The notes under the pieces are model-generated. The model was not told the origin of the DNA. It searched no databases and worked only from the letters and a program-made list of their open reading frames with translations. 64,000 bases of DNA from contig BROI01000029.1 in the NCBI GenBank assembly GCA_027923505.1, positions 1 to 64,000 of the forward strand. Direction: 5' to 3'. This document shows, in pieces, positions 45,672 through 57,165 of this stretch. Source of the stretch: Mayamaea pseudoterrestris (Eukaryota). Both the position numbers and the translations under genes were made by a program. Position 1 is the first letter of the stretch. Each line of letters opens with the position of its first letter.

Positions 45672-48600
45672 ATGATGGGCTTTGACGGTGCTTCAGGGCC
45701 ACCGCCACCAAACGGAGCGCAGGTCATGCAGCCTCGGCCGGGCATGCCTCCAAACATGGGAGGAGGAGGACCGCCAAATCATGGTCCGCCGCCGCCGCAG
45801 CAGCATATGGGTGGAGGGCCGTACGGAAATGGTGGTCCATATGGCATGCCGCCGGCGCAGAGTCCTCACAATCATAACTTGAATGCTGCGAATGGAGGAT
45901 ACCAGCAGGCTGGACCAGTCGGAGCTCCGCAGTACAATAATTCTCATGCTCCTCTTCACTCGCCTGGAAATATGCATCCAGGCATGCAGCAGCAGCAACC
46001 CATGCACCGATCGATGCAGCAACAAGCCAGACAGCAGCAACATGGCATGCCGCCGCAGCAAATGCCGGTACATCAACAGCCGCCTCCGCAGCAGCAGCAA
46101 ATGAATCATGCGAGGCAAGGTCCGCCGCCGCATCAACAGCAGCAGCAGTACATGCAGCATCAAACGGCTCCTCCTCCACAGCAGCAGCAAGCGCCACCAA
46201 CTGCTGCTGCAACGAGCGCATCGGCAAACGTTGCCGGAGGATGGCAGTCGGACGCGGATATACCTCATCGAAGAGAAATGATTCAGCAAAGTGAGTAGTA
46301 CTATTGGTCTCTGATGTATTTATAGCAGCTGGTGATCGTAAAGAGTCGAACCTTCATTCGTTTTCGCATTTCTTGTCCATTTAACTCACATAATACATTT
46401 TTAAACCGCCTGCAGTTGTTAAGCTGATAAAGAAAGACAGGAGCGGGTCACCTGAGTCGATGAATAAGCTACCGCAAATGGCCAAGCAACTGGAGGTATC
46501 GCTCTATAGGAATGCTACATCTTTTGATGCCTACATGGACATGGCGACGTTAAAACGAAGGCTACAGCAAATCGCAGCCGAAGTGCAAAGGAAAACAAGA
46601 GGACAAGGACCAGAGCAGCCTCCTGCTGCGCCAATGCAGCAGCCGAATCAACTTCCGCCGGCGCAGCAGCAGCAGCATTACATGCCACAGCAGCCTCCGG
46701 ATCAACAGCAAATGCGTTCAACTGATGGACGAAACGATATGCACCAACAGCCATATGGCAACGCACAACCACCGAACCAAATGAATTTAATGCCCCCAAA
46801 CTCGCTTCCAATCAATACGCAGCATCACCAGCAACCGCCACCGTCGGGGTATCCAACGCAAAGCAATCGAGTGATGGATAATCGCATGCAGCAACAAGCA
46901 CGTCAACCACCACCGCATCCCGGTCCACATCAGACGCAATACCCTCCGCACATGCCGCCACAGCAGCAAGTTCCATTACCGCCACATCAGCAGCAGCCGC
47001 AGCAAGTTGACCCTCCGACAGCGCCATCACCATCGACTGCCTTGTTTCAGAACCGCAACGATCCAGAATGGAGGTTACGGGTGCGTCACAAGCAGCAACG
47101 CCTTTTACTATTGCATCATTCGGCAAAGTGTTCAGCGCCGGAAGGTCGATGCGAAGTGACGCCCCATTGTGCTGACATGAAACGATTATGGAAGCACATG
47201 GAGGGATGCAAGGATAATGATTGTCGGATCCCTCACTGCTTTTCGAGTCGCGCGATTTTGAGTCATTATCGAAAGTGCAAGGATCAAAATTGTCCAGCCT
47301 GTGGGCCAGTACGAGAGACGGTTCGAAAGACGAAGAACATGGGAGTAACAGTGCCGCCGGCGGGAAATCGGACGAATGGGCCACATTCTGGAGTTCCCAT
47401 GCCGGTGGACGTTAATGGAGTGAGTCACAGACCAATGATGCAGCAGCAACAAGGCATGCCGCCAAGTAACGGTTCTTTAATGCAAGCGGAGTCATTTCAG
47501 TCGGGTGCATCGGGACAGTATTCGCAGCCGCAACAGCGGTTGCCTCCGCCGGCGCACATGAATATGCCGCCTCCTGTTCCTGGAAATATTCCGCCGCCAA
47601 TGAACAGGCCGCCGTATCCGTCGCATTCATACCCGCCACCAATGCCGTCGATGAACGGCAACAGCAATGGATCCGTGCCTAATATCAATCAGCAAATGTT
47701 CCGCGAGACGGACATGGATCGTGGAATGGGATCAATGGATTCGTCCTCGATCACCTTGCCTCCAGCGGTTGCAGCGTCGCGCAGTGGACATCCGAGTCAG
47801 AACAGCGAAGGGCAAAAGATTAGACACAAACAGCAGCGTCTTCTTCTATTGCGTCACGCTTCGAGGTGTGAATATGAGCCTGGGCAGTGCCCGGTCACCC
47901 CACATTGTGCAAGTATGAAGAAGCTTTGGGAACATATTGCTCACTGCAAAAGCCAGCAATGCACTGTTCAACACTGTCTTAGCAGTCGGTATGTGCTGAG
48001 TCATTATCGACGGTGTAAGGATTCAAAATGTCCAGCCTGTGGTCCAGTCCGCGAGACAATTAAAAAGTCTCACGATCTGGAAAGGAACGGTCAAGTAAAT
48101 GGCCTCGCATTGTCCAACGCCGGCATTAGTTTGAGCCCGCAATTGGCTGGCTCGCCGGAGGTATACCAGCAAGAGACGAAGCGATTAAAGGTCCGGCACG
48201 AAACCTCTGGTATGGACGCGTCGGGCTCGTCGGCAAATTCTGTCAATTCTACGGCGGCAACGCTAGTAATGTCGTCGGTCAAGGTTGAGTCTGGAAAGAA
48301 GGTGGATAAAGACGCAAACAAGTCAGACTATTCGTTGCTCAACAGTTTTAGTGCCATGCAATTGGAGACGCATTTAGAATCGCTCGATCGCAAGACTCAA
48401 CTGTCGCCTATAAAGTTAAAAACAAAGTGTGGCGACGTGTTAAAGGGGCTGCAATCACATCAGCACGGTTGGGTGTTCAATAGTCCAGTGGATCCTAATG
48501 AGCTTGGCTTGCCGGACTATTTCGATATTATAAAGAAGCCAATGGATCTGGGGACAATTCAAAAGCGCATCGAAAATGGGCATTACCATGAGCTGGAGGA

Positions 48601-51058
48601 TTTTGTCGCGGACTGCAACCTGACGTTTGACAACGCCATGACGTACAATGAGGATGGTTCTGTGGTTTACGACATGGCGAAAGAACTTAAAATTAAGTTT
48701 GCTGACGATGTTGCAAAGTTGATGGAGCAGTTGGCGGCAGAAGATCAGTTGAGGCGGCAGAACGATCGTGCATGTACTCTTTGCGGCTGCGAGAAGCTTT
48801 TGTACGAGCCTCCTGTTTATTTCTGTAATGGCATGAATTGTCCTAGCCAAAGAATTCGTCGGAACAGCCATTTTTACGTTGGGGGCAACAGTCAGTACTT
48901 TTGGTGCACCACTTGCTACAACGAGATTGACGATAAGATTCCAATCGACATGGGCGACATAACGATTGTGAAGGCTGATCTTAAAAAGAAGAAGAATGAC
49001 GAGGTTCACGAGGAGAGTTGGGTGCAGTGCGATACGTGTGAGCGCTGGGTCCATCAAATATGCGGACTCTTTAACACTCGACAAAACAAGGAGCACCACA
49101 GCGAATACTGTTGTCCGCGATGTCTTTGCGATAAATTGAATACAGGCGCGCGCCAGGTTTCACCTTGTCCTCCAAGTGCCGCAGACCTTCCTCGGACAAT
49201 GCTATCGGAGTGGCTTGAGCAGCACATCATCAAGCAGATTGCGGTCCAAAAGCGACAAATTGCAGAAGCGAAGTCATCGTCTGACAACATTCCACTCGCG
49301 GAAGCGATACGTCAAGTCGAGTCTGGAGGGCCAATTGTTATTCGCCAGGTTACCTCCATGGATCGCAAACTGGAAGTGCGCGAGTTAATGCGAAAACGAT
49401 ACGCGCACAAGAATTATCCTGAGGAGTTTCCCTTTCGTTGCAAATGTTTGGTGGTCTTCCAAGAACTTGATGGCGTTGACGTGCTCCTATTTGCCCTGTA
49501 TGTTTATGAGCATGGCGAAGACAATCCACCACCCAATCAGCGCTGCATTTACATTTCCTACCTCGATAGCGTGCATTTTATGCGACCACGAAAACTTCGA
49601 ACCTTTGTCTATCACGAAATACTGATTGCGTATCTGGATTACGCGCGTCGGAAAGGCTTTTCGACAGCTCACATTTGGGCTTGTCCTCCGCTCAAGGGAG
49701 ATGACTACATCTTCTACTGCAAACCCGAGGATCAGAAGACGCCCCGCGACGCGCGGTTGCGGATGTGGTATATTGATATGCTCGTCGAATGTCAAAGGCG
49801 CAGCATTGTTGGCAAGATTACCAATATGTACGACTTGTATTTTGCTGACGACAATATTGACGCTACAGCGGTGCCATACATGGAAGGTGATTACTTTCCC
49901 GGCGAGGCTGAAAATATTATCAAAATGATTGAAGATGGATGCGGCAAAAAGAGCGGCGGCGGTGGCAAAAAGAAGAAGAGCAAGAACAGCAAGAGCAAGG
50001 GAAATACTGGAACTCGTTCGTCGGGCATGGATGAGGAAGCCTTGATTGCTAGCGGCATGTACGAGGGCGTTAAAAGTTTCAAGGACCTTGACCGGGATCA
50101 AGTCATGGTGAAGCTTGGCGAGACAATTCAGCCGATGAAGGATAGTTTTATTGTAGCATTCTTGAACTGGTCGGGCGCAAAGGACGAGGACATGGTTGTT
50201 CCGGAGGAGATTGAGCAGTTGCGAAAAGAGTACGACTTAAAGAAGAGCGATATTACTGGCAGTAAACGAGACGCAATAGGAAATATTCGCGACGGTATTC
50301 CAGCACTTGACGCGGACGGTCAACCATTAAAGATTATTGACGACGACGCGGAGGATCTTGATTGCGAAGTTTTGAACAACAGACAAGCGTTCTTGAATCT
50401 TTGCCGAGGCAACCACTACCAGTTTGACGAGCTTCGTCGCTCCAAGCACACGTCGATGATGGTTTTGTGGCATTTGCACAATCGGGACGCCCCAAAGTTC
50501 GTCCAACAGTGCATCATTTGCAATCGCGAGATTTTGAGCGGCATGAGGTACCATTGTAAGCAATGTCCCGACTATGACATTTGTCAGGAATGCTTCAAGA
50601 GTCCGGCTACCAATCGCGGTGCATGCAACCACGAGCTGCAGCCCATTCCAGTTGAAAATACAGAGAATCAGTCCCAAAACGGTCTGACGGACGCGGAACG
50701 TCTCCAGCGTCAACGTAACCTTCGTCTGCATATCCAGCTGATCGAGCACGCGTCACGCTGCGTTTCCAAGACTTGCTCGTCGTCGAATTGTCAAAAGATG
50801 AAGAGTTATTTGCATCATTCAAGCGTCTGCCGCGTCAAGGCTGGAGGCGGGTGCAAGATTTGCAAACGCATCTGGACGCTTCTCCGAATTCACGCCCAAG
50901 ACTGCAAGGACCGCAGCTGTCCTATTCCTCAATGCAATGCTATTCGCGAAAAGATGCGCCAACTAAAGAGTCAACAACAAGCCATGGACGATCGTCGTCG
51001 ACTGGAGATGAATCGGCACATGCGATTTGGTGGAGGAGCGGCACCTGGCGGGCCATAG
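45672..51058 (+). CDS. CBP/p300-type (KAT3) histone acetyltransferase; exons 45672-46290, 46416-51058
   Basis: Q/P-rich N-terminus, KIX-like helix bundle, two TAZ fingers, bromodomain (WVFNSPVD…[12 protein letters not shown]), PHD, HAT ([14 protein letters not shown]…GDDYIF), ZZ and C-terminal TAZ. Intron 46291-46415 joins in frame. Confidence 0.93.
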
Positions 51059-51187
51059 AGAAAGCACTGTACTTGTTAATTTACACACACACGCAATGCG
51101 TATTATAGAGCTTTTTACTTCATAAATAATATGTTGTCATTGTAGATAGTGCTAGCGTAGTTAGTAGCAGCAGATGCCATCGTTTTC

Positions 51188-52021
51188 TTAAACCTTGACA
51201 GCGTTTGGTATGTCAAACTTTTCTCCCACCTTGGCATTGGTTTGTCGATTCATCATTTGCAAATATGATCTCAAAGCTAATATCAGCGCCGCGTAATGCT
51301 CCTTGGCCTTGCTACTGTCTCCGCGAATGATTGCCTTCCGAACGTCTCCAATGTCAAGGACCAATTCGTTAATGTACCATCTCGCGAGAAATAGTTCATT
51401 GGTCGTCCCAGTATTCTCCGATGCAAAGAATGAGTTCGCTAGCAATCCCATGGGTCGAATCGAGTATTCTGGAGCCGATTCGTCCAAAATATTGTTGAGA
51501 GCTTCCGGCTTGTCAAGCTGATCGGCCATGTTGACAATGAGATTGACTCCGCGCTGGACTCAAACCTGATACTTTTTGATTGCCTCGTAGCGCTGCTTGA
51601 CTGGAACAAAAGGCATACTTTTTGGAAAAGAGTCGTCGCTTACGAAAGGAGGAGCTGTTCCAAATTTAAAGTAGTAGTCTAGCGCGAAAATAACGTTGGA
51701 ATTGTCGGCCTTGCGTGACGCACTCGCTTGAGGATTGCCGACTTGGACTCCAACCGTGTAGTCGACGAGCGTTCCGCCCGGCGCAAAGTCTGCAAATGAA
51801 GAAGAAGCAAATATGAAGTATGGAGTTGTGTAGGCCAGAGATTTTAGCATAAAGGCGCGTCTGGAAGTCTCTTCATCTTGGTAAGGGTTGGTGCTTGCGT
51901 GCCGACGAATGGAAGGCGATGATGGGGACGCATGGAGTTTTGGTGACGGCCATGACGCCATTGAGAACCCTACTGCCGGATTGGAAATGCATAGCATGAA
52001 CACAATAATTGTATATTGCAT
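51188..52021 (-). pseudogene. Thylakoid-lumen-targeted protein gene with one in-frame TGA at 51562-51560 (nonsense allele, pseudogene or sequence error)
   Basis: Signal peptide (MQYTIIVFMLCISNPAVG-F), transit peptide, twin-Arg motif SRRAFM and SFA cleavage site. ORFs 52120-51560 and 51529-51188 are in the same frame, separated only by the TGA and 10 sense codons. Confidence 0.65.
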
Positions 52022-52308
52022 ATTAAAGCTCATCAAAGGTACTGTATTATAGGCTGGTCGATTGTGGAAGAAGGCACCATTGTGCAGACGGATCATTGAC
52101 GATGCGCCATCTTTTGTCACGCTTGTCGCATTTATGTCACACCGTTAATAAAAGATGTTCGTCGTCGTTTCGTCTTCGCAAAAATCACAATCCATTTCCC
52201 TCGTACTTCCTTCGCCGCAACTGCGGAAAATATTAGCAGCTTCCGCGCCTTGCTATACTACAGTCAAACCCTTTAGTATCGTATATATCCTATTACATTT
52301 CTAGCATT

Positions 52309-54066
52309 ATGTCATTGAAACCAGTCGCCATCAAGGCCGGCAAGACGGCTGTCAAGGCGAACACGACAACGTTCTCGGATCAAGCATGGATGACCTTGTA
52401 TACGGAACTGCAAGCTTACCAGCAAGAGTATGGACATTGTCGAGTTCCAATAGAATATGAGAAAAGCCGAAAGCTGTGTAGCTGGATGGATCGACAGCGT
52501 ACACTTTACAAGAATAAATCATTGAAACCATCACGAATCAATGCTTTGGAATATCTTGGCTTCAAATGGACAATTAGAGCGACTGAACTGGAAGCGAAAT
52601 GGGAAGCTAATCTAAACAAACTCAAAGATTTCAAAGCTGCTAATGGACATTGCATGGTGCCTCTTCGCTGGCGACAAGATCCATCCTTGGCGGCATGGGT
52701 CGACACGCAACGAGTCAAGGCGCGACGAGGAACATTGGACGCCTACCGCAAGAAACAGTTGAATTTTATCGGCTTTGCATGGAATCCTGGTAGGAATTAC
52801 TGGAATCCCAAGGCAAAGGCTGCTAATGCAGCCTTGGGCGAGTCTGGGCTGAGTTTTGCTGGTAACGGAAATTTAAAAGATGATCAAGTTGATGCAGAAT
52901 TTGAGGATGAAGATTTTCATACGAACGCAAGTCATGACAATGACCTAATGAGATCAATCACTGAAAAAGGCCGCGACGGAACTGGTTTAGTAGAAGTCAA
53001 TGCGGATGCGACGAACTTGACGCATGCCCGAGAGCATCAAGTGTCGGCGATTACAAGCAACTCCGAAACGACAGATGGACCAACAATTTTTACTCAACCC
53101 AGGGACCTGGCTTGGTGGACAAATGTTTGCCACTTGGAGGCTTACAAGAAGCAGCATGGTCATTGCCATGTTCCGGACGGATATACGGAGCAGGCACTTG
53201 GCAAATGGGTGGAAATGCAACGCGTGAATTACAAACGCGGTGATCTAAATCAAGAGCAAATTGATACTTTACAGAGTCTTGATTTCGAGTGGAACGCCCA
53301 GAGTCGGCAATACCACTCGGTATGGAGTAAAAACTTTGTCAAGCTCAAGGCCTTTCGTTGCATCCACGGACATTGCTGCGTGCCGCGACGTTGGCCCGAC
53401 GATCTTGTGTTGGGGCGATGGGTCTACAAGCAACGAGAAAACGCTCGAGCTGGAATTATAAAGATTGAGCACAAGGCAAAACTAGACGCAATCAATTTTG
53501 TGTGGAGCCCGAAATGTGGTGGTCATACTACCGCAACAATGAATGGCTTACCGCCTCGCCTAGACGCCTCCGTCAACGGAATGGAAGAAGAGTTGGCCGT
53601 GAAGGAATCGTCCGCGGTTGCTGGAATTGCGAATAATGAGGCGCACGCAGGATCAATGGAAGGAATCGAAGCAAGTAACCGAACGAATTGCCAAATTGAT
53701 CTTGACACGACGGCGTGCGAGGCACTCGTCGAGACTGAACAAAATAATGGTGCTTTCGACGCAGTTGAGTTTGAACGCAGCCGCGCCAAGCGCTATAAGG
53801 AAAAGGCCAAATCATATCGCCTTCAGCGCGACGAATATGCGCATCGTAACGCTCAACTTATCATGGACATTGAGACGCAGCGCAACGATTATGAGCAGCA
53901 CGTTGCGCAGCTGACGGCCAAGTCGCTCCGTCAACGCAACGTTTACGCGCAACACATGGCCGAGCTTGCCATGTCTTGTCGCAAGGAGCGTGAGGTGAAC
54001 GCGAGCCGCGTTGCCGAGCTGATGAAGCAAGTATCCAGCCTCCAAGAGCAGCTGCAGCCTCTTTGA
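52309..54066 (+). CDS. Helicase-associated (HA) domain repeat protein (4 repeats) with C-terminal coiled coil
   Basis: Four W…L.AYK..HGHC.VP…L..WV..QR…L..LGF.W units. No helicase motifs. Confidence 0.88.
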   Translation: MSLKPVAIKAGKTAVKANTTTFSDQAWMTLYTELQAYQQEYGHCRVPIEYEKSRKLCSWMDRQRTLYKNKSLKPSRINALEYLGFKWTIRATELEAKWEANLNKLKDFKAANGHCMVPLRWRQDPSLAAWVDTQRVKARRGTLDAYRKKQLNFIGFAWNPGRNYWNPKAKAANAALGESGLSFAGNGNLKDDQVDAEFEDEDFHTNASHDNDLMRSITEKGRDGTGLVEVNADATNLTHAREHQVSAITSNSETTDGPTIFTQPRDLAWWTNVCHLEAYKKQHGHCHVPDGYTEQALGKWVEMQRVNYKRGDLNQEQIDTLQSLDFEWNAQSRQYHSVWSKNFVKLKAFRCIHGHCCVPRRWPDDLVLGRWVYKQRENARAGIIKIEHKAKLDAINFVWSPKCGGHTTATMNGLPPRLDASVNGMEEELAVKESSAVAGIANNEAHAGSMEGIEASNRTNCQIDLDTTACEALVETEQNNGAFDAVEFERSRAKRYKEKAKSYRLQRDEYAHRNAQLIMDIETQRNDYEQHVAQLTAKSLRQRNVYAQHMAELAMSCRKEREVNASRVAELMKQVSSLQEQLQPL

Positions 54067-54674
54067 GGCTGGTCATGTTGGGATACAATCGTGTCAAGGG
54101 CCTCGCCATGATGATTTTTATACTTTTATTAACATTACCATACATATGATAAAATCGAAGCGCGTATTAGCATTATACGCTGAGTATGAAGTGTCTCAGT
54201 TATCGCACGCTCATCACTGCAAATGAACTGCTATCACATGAGTCAACTCTATTATGGCTGGGCCGTGAGAAAAGTCATTATTAAAACTACACAAGGAGTA
54301 TACGTTGGCCGATGCGAGTATGATAACTTTATAGTATCTATTACATTAGTCGCCATGCATGAGCGTCCGGCGCAAGTCAACAAAGCACCACCTTCATATA
54401 TCCCTGTAGACCAAGTGAAAATGCGGATCCCAATGATACATCCTTATAGGCATTGCGCGTGCATTGAGACTCATTCATGCTTGGCGCAATGCGGCACAAC
54501 GTCCCTCCTCTTTACCCAAAAAAAGTGAGTGTGAGCCTGAGTTCGCTGTCGTCTGCCAAAAGCCAGCGAGCAACTGACGTCCATCTCAGGTGTATAGCAA
54601 ACTCCTGGTAGCTTGATTCGTACCGACCGGGCGCTGCGGTCAATCGCGGCGTTTAATAGCATCGGTACAACCCG

Positions 54675-55900
54675 TCAAGGGCCCTTCCCATCGCACGTGT
54701 AAAGTTCACGTAACTTCCCATGAATCAGAGCATCCAGGTCAAGCGTCTTTAGGTCGACAAGAAAGGCATAACGTTTGCCAAGCCAGCGCAGCGAAAAAGA
54801 TTGGGAAGGCCTCAAACACTTCAATTGGCCCATCAGCACTCGAACATTCTTGTACAAACAGAAATTCGCCATGGCCGATGCGATATGGCAGCGTCAATGC
54901 TAGCAATCGATGTCTCGATCCTTTGGCAACCGATCTGACTCGCCATGCGAATGGATGATGAAATGCTTGTCCGCTGAAACTTGATGGGGCGGGTATCAAA
55001 CCTACCAAAGCGTGCGCATGAGCTTGACCTGCACCCAGCGCGACCACTGGAGTAACAGACATAACCGCGACGAACCTTCATTCTTTCCAAGACAAGAAAG
55101 CTTTCATGATATCCGGATTGAAAGCGCTGATTGCAAATTTAGTATGGCATGGACATCCAGCGTGAACGACCGACGGATGTCGATCAGCAATGTCGACGCG
55201 CGAACCAAAGAATTCTTCAATGGTGAATGGTAAATTATTGAATTCCAAATAGACCGGCAAATTTGAAGATGAATCATGCTGCAAGCATTGGGATGCAATG
55301 GATACTTAGAGTATGTCATAGACATTGCCACCGAGGTTCGTCCTTTCGAAGTTTGTCCTCCATTAAATTTGACCAAGCGCCTCGCGGTTCGAGAGGAATC
55401 CGTCAAAGCCTGCAAATAATTGCGCTTCATGGGCGAGCATTATTTTCGCGTGATTTTATGGAGTAGCTTTGCCGAAAACAAAATTCCCTGAACGGCCGGC
55501 AGTAGTTGACGCAGAGTGTTCCATGTGCATTCCCCGGTTGGGCGGCATGCTGCAGTCGCTGTAATTGCGCTGGCTCTTCCGGTACGAGTATCCTGAGCAC
55601 CTCTTACGCAATCCCACTTAGTTTTGCAATGCTCTTTGCAGATATTTCTGCTTCTTGTACGGCGACAGTAGATTGTCTTGGCAGCTATCGGTATAAGTAT
55701 ACAATACTGGAGCAATCGAGATTTGTGTGTGCTGCCAATTGCAAGATGACATCAAAATGCTACTCGAGCGCCACTTGTTCCTTTAGATCGTTTGGAAAGC
55801 AGTTTCCAATCATGACTTGTCCCATTTCCGATACTCTCAGCGCTTCCGCCTCCATATGCACCTGGCGTTGCATGGTGGCGTCGGCTATCATGGCGCAAAA
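54675..55900 (-). pseudogene. Probable decayed coding sequence of unknown family
   Basis: One minus frame from ~55890 reads MIADATMQRQVHMEAEALRVSEMGQVMIGNCFPNDLKEQVALE*HFDVILQLAAHTNLDCSSIVYLYR*LPRQ…LSGIA*EVLRILVPEEPAQLQRL, protein-like with isolated TAG/TAA stops. Further protein-like fragments continue to ~54675. Confidence 0.35.
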
Positions 55901-56240
55901 AGTCCGTCATGCCGCGACTCGACAAGATGGCGGGCCAGTGGAGCGAATGCATGCCAGTGCCGGCCTCCAAGACGGTTTTTTATAGAATTTCTCCTTGGAT
56001 TATTCCACTGCATCCAAAGAGTAAATCATCCTTTGCCGTAAACGTGGCGAGGCTTGTGGGGACGACTCGGCTGTCATGGCAAATATCAATAGCGCAGCAC
56101 TAAATTGGAGAGTCACTTGCCGGTTCAATCCTTTCATCAAGTAAGAATAAGCGCCGTTGATAAGTCAAGACTTTAGTGTTGTTCAAGGTAAGTGAAGGTG
56201 TTGCTTCTTCTCGACCATCGTTTTGTCGCAAGACGATAGC

Positions 56241-56631
56241 GAAACTACGTCATAAGGCAATATTGTGAAACGAGTGCCAGTGAAAACTACGTCATGAGGC
56301 AATATTATGAAACGAGTGCCAGTGAAAACTACGTCACAAGGCAATATTACGAAACGAGTGTCAGTGATAACTACGTCATGAGGCAATACTGTGAAACGAG
56401 TGCCAGTGAAAACTACGTCATAAGGCAATATTGTGAAACGAGTGCCAGTGAAAACTACGTCATAAGGCAATAGTACGAAACGAAAACACGTCGCAAACAT
56501 GGAACTACTCATGAGCAATACTGAAACGAGTGCCAGTGTAAACGCAGCGTACGAAACAAGTGCCAGTTAAAACTACGTCACGAGGCAATAGTATGAAACA
56601 AGTGCCAGTGTCAATTACGTCACAAGACAAT
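56241..56631. repeat. 42-bp minisatellite array 3 (~9 units, interrupted near 56480-56550), same family and orientation
   Basis: GAAACGAGTG(C/T)CAGTG at 56267, 56309, 56351, 56393, 56435, then degenerate units. Confidence 0.95.
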
Positions 56632-56769
56632 TCAAAACGACGCACCGCGGTACTTTTTGATCGCATCGTTAATGACGCGTTGGCGCGGCGACCGCGATGA
56701 TGATAAAAGATGAGATCCATGCGCACAACGCAAGCAGCATCTACATCTATCGATACATCACACGTCAAC

Positions 56770-57165
56770 ATGATTGCTGTGAACAAGTCTATTATGAACG
56801 CAGGACTCGCTTTGATCTTGTCCAGCAGCAGCAATCAGCGTACGAATAAACTGACTCCCTTCCAAGTCAAGGTTTACACGGCTGTTTGCCTCGTTCCGGC
56901 AGGTCGCGTCGTTACCTATCAACAATTGGCTCGTCACATCAACTGCAGAAGCGCCCAAGCCGTTGGACAAGCGCTCAAGCGCAATCCATATGCTCCCGAC
57001 GTTCCTTGTCATCGCGTCGTGGCGACAAACAAATTGCTCGGAGGATTCTTTGGACAAAGAAATGGAGCCGAGCTTGATCGAAAGAAGCAAATGTTATTGG
57101 ATGAGGGAGTCGAGTTTGACATGGAAGGAAGAGTTGAATGTAAATGTTTCCATGTATATAAATAG
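56770..57165 (+). CDS. MGMT: O6-methylguanine-DNA methyltransferase (C-terminal domain only)
   Basis: TPFQVKVY…VPAGRVVTYQQLA, AQAVGQALKRNP, active site VPCHRVV, KKQMLLDEGV. Start uncertain (56710, 56770 or 56794). Confidence 0.9.
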   Translation: MIAVNKSIMNAGLALILSSSSNQRTNKLTPFQVKVYTAVCLVPAGRVVTYQQLARHINCRSAQAVGQALKRNPYAPDVPCHRVVATNKLLGGFFGQRNGAELDRKKQMLLDEGVEFDMEGRVECKCFHVYK

